This document shows positions 27,905 through 49,181 of a DNA stretch of 64,000 nucleotides, one piece after another. Made by a program: the position numbers and the translations under genes. The stretch's first letter is position 1. The number at the start of each line of letters is the position of its first letter. The stretch is from the human T2T-CHM13v2.0 reference genome, Homo sapiens: NCBI RefSeq assembly GCF_009914755.1, contig NC_060932.1; one strand, 5' to 3'. A model generated the notes under the pieces. That model was not told where the DNA came from. It searched no databases and saw nothing but the letters and a program-made list of their open reading frames with translations.

Positions 27905-29370
27905 TCATTCATTGATTCAACAAATAGTTACTGACTATGCTGCACGCATAGTTCTGGGGGCTTGGGATATGTCAGTGAAGGAGATTTCTGCCCTCAGGGA
28001 GCTAATGTTCTCAAAGACATTAGGGAGGCAGATAGCAAACACGTGACCACAGAGTATGTTAGCCGGTGAGAGGTGCTCTGTGGGCTGAGGGAGTTGCAAG
28101 TTTCCTTATGGTGGACAGGACAGGCCTAACAGAGGAAATGGCTATTGTGCGAAGATCTGGAGTTGGTGAGAGTTGGCTGTGAGGATGCCCGGCGGAGGAG
28201 CCTAGCAGTCAGAGGGACTGGCCAGGGCAGAGCTCCTGAGGCTGGGCGTCTTCAGCCTGCTCAAAGGACAGCAAGGAGGGCTGGATGGCTGGAGCAGAGT
28301 GAGCTGTGGGGACAAATGTGAGATGAGGTTAGAGAGGAAATGAGCAACCAAGGTCACATGGGGCCTTGCAGGCTGGCGTGAGGACTTTACCTTTACTCTG
28401 TGGGAAAGGGAGAGCAGGCTTTCCAGCAGAGTCACACTTGAGATGATCATCGGGCTGCGTTGCATGTAGGGAGCCAGGCACTTGGTGCCTGGGAGACTGC
28501 CTGGAAGGTCGCTGTGATCCTTTAGGTGAGAAGTGAGGGTGGCTTAGACCTGGGCGGCAGCCATGACTGAGTAAGAAGTGATCTTTCCTTGTCTTCTGCC
28601 CTTTCCTGTCTTTCCCTTGCTTTATTTATTAATCTTTAATGTGTTGAGCACTACTGTGGTGGCAGGCATAACGGTACATCTGTGAATATCTGGGTGGACA
28701 AAACTAACATTGTCTCTGTTTTCATAGAGCTTGTGTTCTAGTGAGAAGCAGACAGACAATGGAAATGTCAATATGATGATGCTGTGCTGAGATGTCTGAA
28801 TGCCTCAGAGTGCCCTGGGGTAAGGGGAGGGGAGGGTCACTGCCTACTTTTGCACTACTTTTGCACTGCCTACTTTTGGGTAGTCTGAGTGAGGAGGGAA
28901 CATTTAACCTGAGAACCAAAGGATGGAAACACAGTCTAGTAACGTGAAGCATAAACGTGGTGAGGCTGAAGGGAGCATTCGGTCATGGGGTATATGCTGA
29001 GGCCCTGACCTGCATCCGACTGTACAGGCAGGAGAGTTCTGTGTGTCCAGGCATGCAACAGCCTCTTGATGGGTCTGCTCACTTGCACGGCTGCTCTTCT
29101 CTGATGAACCCTACACACGGTAGTCAGAATGACCTTTTAAAAATGTTTGTTAGATCATGTCTTCCCACTGCACGTAAATCCAAATCAACAGCCTTCCTGC
29201 TTCTTCAACCTCACTTCATGCCCTCCTTCCAGCTCCCTGGGCTCTACCACCACAGCCCCCATTGGGCTCCTGGACACACAGAACTCTCCTTGGACTGCGG
29301 TGGTGGCAGAGGGTATAGAGTGATAGGATTCGACATGTCAATGGTAGAAATGCCAGGGCTTGTTGATAGA
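27905..29370. mobile_element. Cluster of L2 LINE fragments in both orientations, hosting the alternative RNF170 exon
   Basis: cattcattgattcaacaaata (L2 3' end, minus), ggactttacctttactctg, and L2-sense gcaacagcctc...agtcagaatgaccttttaaaa. Confidence 0.65.
28904..29110 (-). CDS. RNF170: RNF170 alternative terminal coding exon (68 aa; GSSEKSSRASEQ...CVSILWFSG*), giving a 200-aa isoform
   Basis: gtgtAG acceptor at 29112-29111 and an open phase-0 frame to TAA at 28906-28904. 132+68=200 aa matches my recollection of an annotated isoform. AATAAA at 27769-27764. Confidence 0.72.
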   Translation of the reverse strand, partial: GSSEKSSRASEQTHQEAVACLDTQNSPACTVGCRSGPQHIPHDRMLPSASPRLCFTLLDCVSILWFSG

Positions 29371-29376
29371 TGGTTA

Positions 29377-29790
<414 letters not shown>

Positions 29791-29930
29791 TCAGGCTGGA
29801 CTGCAGTGGTGCAACCCACAAGGCTCACCACAGCCTTCACTTCTGGGCCCAAGTGATCCTCCCACTTCAGCCTCTGGAGTAGCTAGGACCACAGGCATGC
29901 ACCACCACGTCTGGCTAATTTTATTTGTAG

Positions 29931-30050
<120 letters not shown>

Positions 30051-30486
30051 TGAGCATTTAAATGGATGGATGGTGGTTCCTTTTACTGAGAGTCAAACGG
30101 CCTTTAATAAAAAGAAGGGAGCTATTTCTGCCAGCAAAGTAAAGGCCTTGGCAGGGGAGAAGTGGTTTAGGAAAACTAGGTTGTCACCTGGGAGGTGCAG
30201 GAATATCAGAAGAGAATGAACGTTTAAGACAGTTCAGAGAAGCTGGGGGCACAAGCCACTCAAGCAGCACCCAAGGATCACCTGCCAGCAGGGTGCCCTC
30301 TTGGTGTCTATGATCATTAATCCATCTAGAATGAAACTGGTCAATGTGGTGTCCCTCAGCCAAGTTCTCTTCCTTGTTCCCTTTTCTTGTTTCCTGTCTT
30401 CCAGTGATCCATAACTTGGAAATGAAATATATACTTTTATTACCTGTTGAATATAATCCTTATATTTCCTTATTTCAAAGTGGTAA

Positions 30487-30765
<279 letters not shown>

Positions 30766-31409
30766 TGATCTGCCCGCCTTGGCCTCCCAAAATGCTGGGA
30801 TTACAGGTGTGAGCCACTGCGTCCAGCAGAATTTCATATAATTTAAAACAAAATTTGTTGCATTGAACTGAATGTTGAATTTTTCTTTGTAAAACATCTC
30901 CGTGACTAAATTTTCACTGTGGTCTGCAAATTAATTTATTTGCTTAATAGAAAAATAATTTTCAGCACTGGGCATGGTGGTTCACACCTGTAATCCCAGC
31001 ACTTTGGAAGGCTGAGCCTGGGAGTTTTAGACCAGCCTGGGCAACACAGCCAGACCATGTATCTACAAACTTTTTTTTTTTTTTTTTTAATTAGCCAGGT
31101 GTGATGGCACACATCTATAGTCCCAGCTACTTGGGAGGCTGAGACAGGAGGATCACTGGAGCCCAGGAATTCGAGGCTGCAGTCAGCTATGATTGTAACA
31201 CTGCACTCCAACCTGGGCAAGAGTGAGACCCTGTCTCTGACCAAAAAACAAACACACAAACAAAATAAAAAACCTAACAAAATTAATTAGAAATGTGATG
31301 AGATATTGGATGTCCATTAGTGATAAAGCCGTTGCAACCATTATACTGAATGCTCTTTCAGGAGTTCTGAAAGCAAACAACTGTTAAATAAACAGAAAAA
31401 TAACACCTT

Positions 31410-34578
<3,169 letters not shown>

Positions 34579-34849
34579 CTAATGTGTCAGATTTCAAAAT
34601 AATATAATTTTCTTACTATATGTAAACATTGTTAAGATGAATTAAGGAGTTACACATTAATTGAACATATTTTCTAATTATGTGTTGTATTTAAAAATAG
34701 CTCTTTGAATACTAGTTCTTACAGAATAGATCTTATTGCAGATAATTGAAAGGCAACTAAAGTGTCAACAAGCTTAAAATACGGGATATAGTAATGCAAA
34801 ACTCAAGTAACATCTGATTTGAGTTAGTAAAATAAACCAAAGAACCTAG

Positions 34850-34990
34850 CGCGCAGGATTAGAGTCTGAGACTTGAGCTTAAGTCTCAGCTTTAAAGTCA
34901 GACAGATCTGGGTTTGAATTCAAAATCAATCACTTACTAGCCAGGTGATCTTAGGAACAGTTGCTTAACCTACTAGAGATAATTCAACAA
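34850..34990. mobile_element. MIR SINE fragment
   Basis: agtcagacagatctgggtttgaat...cacttactagc..gtgatctta...cttaacct core. Confidence 0.65.
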
Positions 34991-36544
34991 CTAACTGTGT
35001 ATTTATGTGCAAGGACTGTTAAGAACGAAAAGGTTCCCTGGCAAGCGGACTAAAAATTCAAAAGAAAAAAATAACTAAAAGAGATACTGTGTATGAAAGA
35101 CCTTTATAACTTGCCAGACAATATAGAAGTGATTATACATTAAAGACATAGGAACTTTGATGGCTTAAATAGTTTAAGAATAGCAGTGAAACTGATTCCT
35201 TCTGGTGAATCACTTCCTCTGGTCATTTCTCTGCTATGTTTAACAATCTGTGTAACAGTCATACACGCAAACTCTAGATAGGCGTTTTATGTAACAAGTG
35301 CCAAATAAGTTGAGAGGGAGATGGAGACAAAAACGCAAAGAACTGAGCAAGTGAGGAGAAAATAGTTTTTGAAACCCCCAGACTAAGAGAAAATCATCTT
35401 GTGACTCCTTTTGGAACAATGCTCACCGAAGTACAAGAATGGTTGTTTCATAATCACTTCCTATGTTCTGTGGAAGAACTAATATCTAAAGCAAAACAGC
35501 CTTACAGCTTTCACAAAGTTTATAGTAAATGACTTTAGATACTCTAACAAACAGCCAGCATGTCTTTTGAATACCCTTCTGTCCTTTTTCAGAGCTATTT
35601 TGTTCACTTGTAATACAGTATCATCATTTATACAAAATCTTTAATAATTAGACCAGAAATAATGAAATGGTTTAGTAAGAAATGTTTCTGCATAAACTTA
35701 CTCCAACTTTGAAGGAGGCAGAATATTAAAGAGCTAAATGCCTTTTTTATATTATAATTTCATCACATACCAGGCTTTCTTACTCATTAAATATCTGACA
35801 CAAAAAATAATAATTGAGTAATAGTATGCTTCACATTTTAAAAATAATGAAGGAAAAATTCTAAAGGCTGGATGCAGTGGCTCACACTGGTAATCCCAGC
35901 ACTTTGGGAGGCCAAGGTGAGCAGATCGCTTGAAGCCAAGAGTTTTGAGATCAGCCTGGAAAGCAGGGTGAAACCCCGTCTCTACTAAAAATACAAAAAT
36001 TAGCTGGGCATGGTGGCACACACCTGTAATCCCAGCTAGTCAGGTGGCTGAAATATGAGAACTGTTTGAACCCAGGAGACAGAGGTTGCAGTGAGCCGAG
36101 ATCGCGCCATTGCATTCTGGCCTGGGCGACAGAGCGAGACTCTGTCTCAAAAAGAAAAGAAATGAAAAGAAAAATGTTAAATGACTTTATTAAAGTTTAG
36201 TGGTAGCTCTTAAATTTGAAACAGGTTGCATTTTTAAAGAACCATCCTACTGATGTCACCGGAGGATATGTAAAAAAAAAATTGCTGGGTCAAAATTGCA
36301 GAAGAGGCTCCCAAATAATTATGGAGGACAACATGATTGGATTAAGTTTTTTTTTTTCCTGCTCAATGAAAAATGGGTAAATCTACCCATTATCATCCAT
36401 AACAGTTGAAATCTATGCCCTGAAATGTACACGACCTCACAGAACAAGGAACAATGGAGCATGAGCACATGTCTGTTTAACACTGAAGCATCTGAATAGC
36501 TTAATATATTCGGCTGGGAGCAGCAGTATCAATTCTTATCTTAA

Positions 36545-37465
36545 CAGTAATTCATTTATTCAACACACATTAAGGCACCAAATTTGGCACTGTTGGAAAC
36601 TCGGCAGTGGTAAATAAATAAAAATGGTCCTTACCCTTATGAAGCTTTTAGTTTACTGAGAGAAAGATAATGAACAAGAATTGAGTGCTGTCTATGATAA
36701 ACGCCATGAAGGAAAGGTACAGAGGGCGCCACAGAGCAGGGAAAACTTCTCCAAGGAGGGTCTACTTAAGATAGTTGTCATTTAAAGACTGGGAAATCAC
36801 CATAAGAGCAGAAGGACAAGCATTCCATGCAGAGGAAGTGTCAGGTGTGACAGCCTTAAGGTGGAAGGAGTTTGTGTGTGTGCTGAGAGCATAGAGCAGG
36901 GTGGCTGCAGGGTGGTGATTGAGGCGGTTAACAGAAATTTGGAGAGGGAGGGAGGACCAGATCATGTGGCGCCCTGTAAGCCACAGTAAGGAGTTGGAAC
37001 ATTCAAAGACATTGGGCCACAAGTGGTGGCTCATGCCTGTAATCCCACCACTTTGGGAGGCCGAGGTGGGAGGACCACTTGAGCCCAGGAGTTTGAGAAC
37101 AGCCTGGCCAACATGGCGAAACCCCATCTCTACAAAAAATATAAAAATTAGCCGGGTTGTGGTGGCATGCACCTGTAGTCCCATCTACTTGGGAGGCTGA
37201 GGTGGGAGGAAGGCTTGAGCCCAGGAGGCAAACGTTGCAGCGAGCCAAGATTGCACCACCGCACTCGAGCCTGTCTCAAAACAAACAAACAAAATAGAAG
37301 TTTTCAAACACAAGAGCATCATGGTCTCATTTATGTCTAGAAAACATGTATCAGGCTGCTGTGGCAGGGAAAAAAGTAGAAGTGAGGAGGCCACTGTGGT
37401 TGCCGTGAGCAGAGATGACAGGGCTGGACCAGCACAATGTCTACAGTGATTGAAAGAAGTGGACA
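36545..37465 (-). mobile_element. L2 fragment split by an Alu
   Basis: ttcatttattcaacac 3' end and agatcatgtggcgccctgtaagccacagtaaggagttgga. Confidence 0.65.
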
Positions 37466-37547
37466 CAGGCTGGGCACGGTGGCTCACACCTGTAATCCCA
37501 GCACTTTGGCAGTCTGAGGGGGTGGATTGCTTGAGCCCAGGAGTTCA

Positions 37548-37922
<375 letters not shown>

Positions 37923-38555
37923 TGACTAATTTTTGTATTTTTTGGTAGAGACAAAGTCTTGCTAAGTTGCCCAGGCTGGTCTCAAACTCCTGAGCTCAAG
38001 TGATCTGCCTGCCTCAGTCTCCCAAAGTGCCAGGATTACAGGCATGAGCCACTGTGCCCAGCCAGCAAGAATATGTTGATGCAGTAAAAATAATAGGACA
38101 CCCCAAAAATAGAAAGAAAAGGTAGGATTACTTATAGACCAGATGAGAGGAATGAAGAAGAGGAGGAAATCAAAACTGAGAAAAGAACAGACTATGTCAA
38201 GGAGGGAATCAGCTCAATACTCCACGTGTTAAGTTAGGGATGTCTGTGGAGCACCCACGCTGAAATGGAAGCGAAGCAGTTGGATCTACAGAGTCTGGAG
38301 CTCAGAGGAGAGGTCTGGGCTGTCCATATAAATTTGGATTTAGTACATTCTAGTTTTTGAAGTACTTATTCAGTTTTACATTTCTAAGAATGTGTTAGAT
38401 TTTGATAAAACAAGAATGAGTCAGTAAAATGTGCTAGTTTTTGATTTATCAAATACTTCTAGGGTAAGGGGAAGAAAGGTTATCTGTACAGTGTTCTGCT
38501 TTTAAATAGCTAAGATGACATATAAACATATCCCTCCAAACTTTTTTTTTTCTGA

Positions 38556-39183
<628 letters not shown>

Positions 39184-39476
39184 TAAACCACAACTGTGAA
39201 ACTTAAAGTTTTCAGTTGTAACTTTTCTCAAAAGACAAATGGTGTTTTAGTATCACAAAGAAGTAAATAATTTTCTATTTCCCTCTAATTTTTTCTATTG
39301 CTTTTCTGCTAGTTTCTCTTTCATAAAAACTTTTATAATGCTGTTTGTTTTTTAAGAAAGAAAATTGTAGTCCTTGGGAAAGGTGTAATGTAGTGATTGG
39401 CAGCAATGAAGGTAAAAACTTGACCCAACACATATAATGAGATTTTTTTTTTTCTTTTTCTTTTCTTGTTTTTTGA

Positions 39477-39638
<162 letters not shown>

Positions 39639-39744
39639 TAGAGATGGGGTTTCATCATGTTTCCAAGGCTGGTCTCAAACTCCTGGGCTCAAGTGATCCA
39701 CCTGCCTTGGCCTCCCAAAGTGCTAGGATTATAGGCGTTAGCTA

Positions 39745-39996
<252 letters not shown>

Positions 39997-41559
39997 TCAA
40001 CTTTCTGCATCATTATGTTTTTTTCATTTTGTGTTATTATTCAATAGAATGATAAAGGCTTCTATATTTATATTTCACTCATTTTTAAATAAAGGCAACC
40101 TGGGGGAGGGGAGTAAGTAACTGCTTTGCAATAAAATCCAATGCAACATAGAATTTGAACTCCTATAAAATAGACACCATATCCAACTACTGGCCTAATA
40201 TTTTCCTGTCCACACCAGGGGTAAATTCCTTAGTTCTCTATTTGGGCTAACAGATATTTGAAGATAAAAGAAGGATGAGGAAACATTCAGGAGGAAAGTG
40301 ACATAAAATATATAACTGTCACTTTAAGACAGAAAAATTATGGTTTTCTTTTTCAGTATTAAAATAATGATTGGTTATTCTTACTGGTATTTGAAAGATC
40401 TTTGAATGCTACCAACCATAATATAAAGATTATGTTATTGCAGGGACCAGCTCTCAAACACCAATTCCTACTATAATAAAAAAAAGAAATTTTTGATATT
40501 GTCATATAACATAATACATTTAACCCTGCTTCCTTCATGGTTGTGGTAACAAGGATGTACAAATGTCCCAGGACCATACTGGGGTAATCTGACGGTGACA
40601 GTACCTTGAAAAATAAATACACTTTAGGACGTAGCACCCTTATAGAAAATGGTCACTAATGATTGTATGATGACATAAAAACGGGAAGGAGTGGTGGCCG
40701 ATTTAGTTTTAAATCATTTAGTTGTTGTTTTGTCCTTCCTCAGTTCAGCTGTAAAACCAAGGCTTCCCACTGTTTAGATGCTTTCCAAACAGCTAAAAGA
40801 AGGCGTGACTAAGCACAGAAGGTGGTGAGAACAGCAGGTGCAGCCATCACTTCCTTCACAAATTTGTTAATAAAAATGCATTCTTTCAATACACATTAAT
40901 GGAACACCTATGGCGGGCCAGGCACTCTGCTTAGTGCTAGGTATGCCAGAAAAATGAAGTCAAAAGCCTGCTCCAGGGTGACTACAACACCCACAAGGAA
41001 AGGGGAGGAAGACCTGGCCGACAGCCTTACATGGTCCTGGGGCAGGTGCAAGAATGCTGCTGTGAGAGCGAGGATCTCTTCTGCCTGGGGTGGTCAGAAA
41101 GCCTGATACTGAGCCAAACCTGGAAATGGTGGTAGGACTGTGGCTGGTGTGCACGCATTCAAGGGGAGAAGTGGTGAATGTGTTCCAGTCAGAGGCGGCA
41201 GCCTGTGTATTGCTATTTCCATGACCATTTACTGAAGGGGCTACTGAAAACAGGAGGTAGAACAAGCATTTGCCATCTGTCTTGCCTCCAGGATGAATTA
41301 CTCTTATCTTAGGGAACCAAGACCTATTATATTAAGACAACTTTATCTCGACCTTCTGAGCCTCTAGTCAATTTATGGATGGTACACAGGATACCACTGG
41401 CTACTGTACACATGTCCTATGAAAAGCCATGGGCAGAACCAAGAAGAGGGAGGGCCTGGAACTATTTTTTTAATGTAAGACCTACTCCCTAGTTTGGATG
41501 TTGCTGACCGAGAGCAAAAGATGCCAAGAAGTAGTACGGGCAAATAAGCTTCAATTTAA

Positions 41560-41790
<231 letters not shown>

Positions 41791-42078
41791 TGATCTGCCC
41801 GCCTCAGCCTCCCAAAGTGCTAGGATTACAGGCGTGAGCCATCACGCCCGGCCATAAGCTTCAATGTTGACTGCCTTGTGTCACGCATCAAATCAGCCAG
41901 AGAGGCATATAGAAACATCAGTTTTCCTCCTGACCATGTGGCCACAAGTAAAATATGAAAGAGGCAGAATTTGGGAATGTATAAGCAAGAATGGTAAGAA
42001 AATGACTTGGACCTCCCTCTTTGCACCAAAATAAGAGGGCAGTTGAGGGGAAACAGACAGCTACAATAAAGGCTGAAG

Positions 42079-42091
42079 GAGAGAGAGAGAG

Positions 42092-42133
<42 letters not shown>
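42079..42133. repeat. (GA)n(GT)n microsatellite
   Basis: Directly visible. Confidence 0.95.
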
Positions 42134-42135
<2 letters not shown>

Positions 42136-42240
42136 CATTCCACCCACGGGTAAGTGGAGGAATACTTTTTTTTTTTTTAGTGTGTGTGAACATTCCACCC
42201 ATGGGTAAGTGGAGGAATACTTTTTTTTTTAGTGATGTAA

Positions 42241-42533
<293 letters not shown>

Positions 42534-43077
42534 TAAATGAAAAATAAATATAAAGGAAATTATGAAAAACAGTGTACAACTGACACAATGTCCTATTTTG
42601 TCATACTTAAAAACTGAGAATATTGGTTTCTCAGAATTGTTCAGTATTTCATTTCTCCAGTTTATCAAAGAAATGGAGAGAATTTGGCATGTCTCATCTG
42701 CAGTGACATTTCAGTCTCACGTTCATGCTTACTTACTGCCTCCCTCCTCAGGTGGCTTCGATGCTAACTGTCATGGTCTAAGCTGTTCTGGACAATGCAA
42801 TGTGGCCATGTCTCTAAAAGGAATGAAACATTAAAAAAAAAAATCATTATATACCATTTAAAGCTATCTGGGTCCTCACTGGAAAAAGACAGATTAAATA
42901 TACATTGAGAAGGAAAAAAATTTTTTTTTCAAAACAAGTATATATGCATATATAGAGGATATATGCTCAAGCCTGATTGTCTTTCACTACAACTGTAGGA
43001 TTTCAAATAGGATTCCCTTTTGTAGTGGTATCTCAGTGACAGTTTTAAAAAAATAATCGTGGGCCGGGTACAGTTTA

Positions 43078-43674
<597 letters not shown>

Positions 43675-43885
43675 TCAGAAAGATTCAACTATTTGAAATA
43701 TTTTAACAGTACCACGTTATTTAAAAATACCTTTTACTTCATCCAGCCAACCCTTCAGGCAAATTCAAATCTAGTAAGAACTCCTAGCCATTAAAAATTT
43801 TTTTATTTAAATTCCAAGTTAAGGCCGGGCACAGTGGCTCACGTCTGTTATCCCAGCACTTTGGGAAGCCAAGCTGGGTGGATCA

Positions 43886-44230
<345 letters not shown>

Positions 44231-45431
44231 TTAAACATCATTGTAAATATAACAACCAACAAATCAGAGCATAAATTTTCTGTTCTAAATTTGATATGTT
44301 ACAAAACACAACTTTTAGAAGAGTTTAGAAAACCAAATTATCAATGTATTAACTAATAGTAATAAGGTATTAGTACAAGTGGCCAGGCGCGGTGGCTCAC
44401 ACCTGTAATCCCAGCACTATGGGTGGCTGAGGCGGGTGGATCACGAGGTCAGGAGTTCGAGACCAGCCTGGCCAACATAGTAAAACCCCATCTCTACAAA
44501 AATACAAAAAAATTAGCCGGGGGTGGTGGTGGGTGCTACTTGGGAGGCTACTTGGGAGCTACTTGGGAGGCTGAGGCAAGGAGATCCCAGCTACTTGGGA
44601 GGCTGAGGCAAGGAGAATCGCTTCAATCTGGGAGGCGGAGGTTGCAGTGAGCTGAGATTATGCCACTGCACTATAGCCGGCTGACAGTGCGAGACTCCGT
44701 CTCAGAAAAAAAAAAAAAAACTAGTACAAGCAAGGAATCAAAAGACACAAAAAGATTATATGCTCTGCCCTAATGAAGTTTAGAATCCAGTTCAAGAATT
44801 GAATCAACTCTTGCACTAGATGGATTGGATTTTTCTGCTTGAAGGTATTCATGAGCAGCAAGCCAGCCGAAGATGGGCAACACAGCCTAAAGGAAGAGTC
44901 TGGCGACCTCAAGAAGGCACGGGTGTGCCAAGTGTATAAGCACCAAACTTCAGGCCAATAAGAGGTGAAGGAATAGTTTTGAATACTGTCTGGGATTTAA
45001 GGGGCCAATCCACTTTCTTTTTTGTAGGACACCTGCATCTTCAACTATCCAGGTCCCACTGTGAATCTGAACTAAGTGTTAAGTGCTGAACTAGGTGTCC
45101 CTTCTCCCTCCACGAACCTCTGTGTATTCTTGCTCTTGCCTCAGCAACCTGGCTTAGCCCTCATGTGTTCCTTATTCCTCCAGATCAAATAAGTGTTCAG
45201 AATGCAGGACAAGCAATGGCAATCCAATTGAGGAGACCAAGATGACATACTCAAATCAATGTAGAAGGCAAATCTTCAACTGTGTAATATTAACTTGAAA
45301 TACAAAAAAGGGCCTGGCACAGTGGCTCACGCCTGTAATCCCAGCACTTTGGGAGGCTGAGGCAGGCGGATCACCTGAGGTTGGGAGTTCGAGACCAGCC
45401 TGACCAACATGGAGAAACCCTGTCACTACTA

Positions 45432-45590
<159 letters not shown>

Positions 45591-45677
45591 TCAAAAAAAA
45601 AAAAAAAAAAAAAAGGCCGGGCGCGGTGGCTCACACCTGTAATCCCAGCACTTTAGGAGGCCAAGGCGGGTGGATCA

Positions 45678-45959
<282 letters not shown>

Positions 45960-46809
45960 TTAGAAACTAACTTGTAGAAAAGAAAGGATTTGAACTGAAC
46001 TTCATAGGAAAGATGAGATTTAGATAGGCAGAAAACAAGAGGGAGGACACTTCAGGTTTTAAGAACAGCAAGGGCAAATGTCGGAAAGGAGTGTCACGTG
46101 GATTAGGTTCAAGAGGAGAAACGTATCTGCCTTCTATGATGCCCGTTTAATTTTCCCTGCCCAATCTTTCATAACTTTCCTGGTGATTAGCATTTCCAAT
46201 AGAAAATTAAAAGATAAAAACTGAAATAAGCATTTTATACTTTGTTAGCTACTTAAGTGAAAACCTTAAAGAAGAGACTGGAATGAGTAGATGAAGCAAT
46301 GATGAGATTGGATTACTGAAAGAGCACAAGGTACAGGAAACCCTGCCATTACATGGTATGGGTTCCAAATATGCCATCTCCAACTGCACAAATAACACTG
46401 TATCTAATAATTCTATACTATGAAGTTAGACAAAAGGGCCAACACAATTTACAGGACGATTATATGCTACATGTTAAATTAGTCCCTATATGAAAATTTC
46501 CTACATTTTGGGAGCAATAATACCCTATCTCAAACACAACTGTTTAAACAGAAAGAAACAATAAAAAACTAGGTCTAGTGATTGGACAAATCGAAGTGGC
46601 TTCGAGTGTTTACTATTGTATGAACCACTAATCATGCAGAACTGAGCACAGGGATTGAAGATAAACCTCGGTTTAAAAACTTGGCTCTGTCTGGGCTGGG
46701 TGCAGTGGCTCACATCTGTGATCCCAGCACTTTGGGAGGCTGAGGTGGGTGGATCACGATGTCAGGAGTTCGAGACCAGTCTGGCCAACATGGTGAAACC
46801 CCATCTCTA

Positions 46810-47004
<195 letters not shown>

Positions 47005-47441
47005 TTAACAACTGGGCTACTCTTTGTAAAATGTATTATTATTATTTGTGAGACAGGATCTTGCTCTGCTGCCCATGCTGGAGTGCAGTAGCATGATCAC
47101 AGTTCATTGCAGGCTCAAGCTCCTGGGCTCAAGCGATTCTCCTTCCTCAGCCTCCCCAGTAGCTGGGATTGCACATGTGAGCTATTGCGCCTGGCTAATT
47201 TCTTATTTTTTGTGGAGACAGGGTCTCCTTATGTTGCCCAGGCTGGCCTCCAACTCCTGGGCTCAAGCAATCCTCCTGCCTTAGCCTCCCAAAGTGCTGA
47301 GATTACAGGCGTGAGCCACAGCGCCTGGCCTCTTTGTAAAATTTCTTCACATCTCTAAAGCCTGTTTCCTCATAGGTGGGGTTAGATGAAGTACATTAAT
47401 GTCCAATACATAGGCATGTAATAACTGATACTTTGCCCCTC

Positions 47442-47500
47442 AATCTTCTATGGCGTAAGAAGCCATAGAAGATTTTCCTGAATCTGCAGATTCAGGAAAA
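47442..47500. repeat. Two overlapping palindromes: a 13-bp stem-loop and a perfect 28-bp palindrome
   Basis: aatcttctatggc-gtaagaa-gccatagaagatt and ttttcctgaatctg|cagattcaggaaaa. Confidence 0.95.
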
Positions 47501-48086
47501 ATAAGTGGTGGAAAGCACTCCTTCCTGATACTAAGTAAGTGTGAAATTATTCCCTTCTTACCCCAAGGTATGCTCTAGGATTCTCATTCTCCTTCATTAA
47601 ACCTCAAGAGGTTGAGAGAGACAGAGACAGAGACAAACAGACTGAGACTAAGACCTTTAAGACTTTTAGTACAAACTCAGAGTCAAAAGAGGCAGGAGGA
47701 CTAAGGCAGGGTCTTGGGCAGGTTCTTGAGAGAAGAACCTTCCTGCCCTGGCAAGGATGAATAATAAATGAAAGTCCCAAAAAGTGATGAACAAAGAGGG
47801 ACTCAGTGAATCCCTCATGCTATGGATCTACTTGAACTACTGTCCAAACAAACACATTTCTGTTTATGGGGAAGCTGAATAGTTTCTTTAACCTCTGAAC
47901 CCATAGCTGCTACATGGACACACTAAATAGAAAATAAATAAGTAAGTATATTATTTAGATGCTAAGTATACTTGGTTGACAAGTAGAGCAGGATATCAGA
48001 GGTAATCTACCCTACTCACAAAATACAAAATGTGACAAAGAGAAAATTGGGAATCCAGCCTTTGTACACATAGAGGTCTTGGTCTA

Positions 48087-48233
<147 letters not shown>

Positions 48234-48570
48234 CTAATAAGAACACAGGTGCACACATTGGAACACAACACATGTGGCCCTCAACAGTATCTCATGTTAA
48301 ATTATATTTGAGAACAGAGTCAGCAGTGTGTAACCCTCATCAAACTGTAAACGTGCAATAGTTTAAGGTTATAATTTTAAGAATGTTATGAGGCTATATT
48401 GTTTTTATTTAAGCTGCATGGTTTCCACTTTCCTTCCTAAACACAATTTAAAGACAAAAACTTAGATTAACTCAAGAGTTCATCTTTTACTCTACTGGAA
48501 TAAGTAAATTATTCTGAGTAACACAAGGCTGAGCTAGTGCATAAGCTAACAATAATAAATGTCGAGGTCA

Positions 48571-48762
<192 letters not shown>

Positions 48763-49025
48763 TCACCTGAGCCTGGGAGGTTGAAGCTGGAGTGAGCCGT
48801 GACTGCACCACTGCACTCCAGCCTAGGTGACAGAGCGAGACCCTGTCTCAAAAAGAAAAAAATATCAAATGTCAAACTGTTTTCTAAGTCTTCACTTTTT
48901 TCATTTTCAACATCTTTTTCATTTTAAAAGTGTTGCACATATGCAAGAAACATCTAGATATCAAAGACCTCACTAGGATGGATCATGAGGGCAAGGGATT
49001 TATCTGTAGGACTCATTGTACCTCA

Positions 49026-49181
<156 letters not shown>

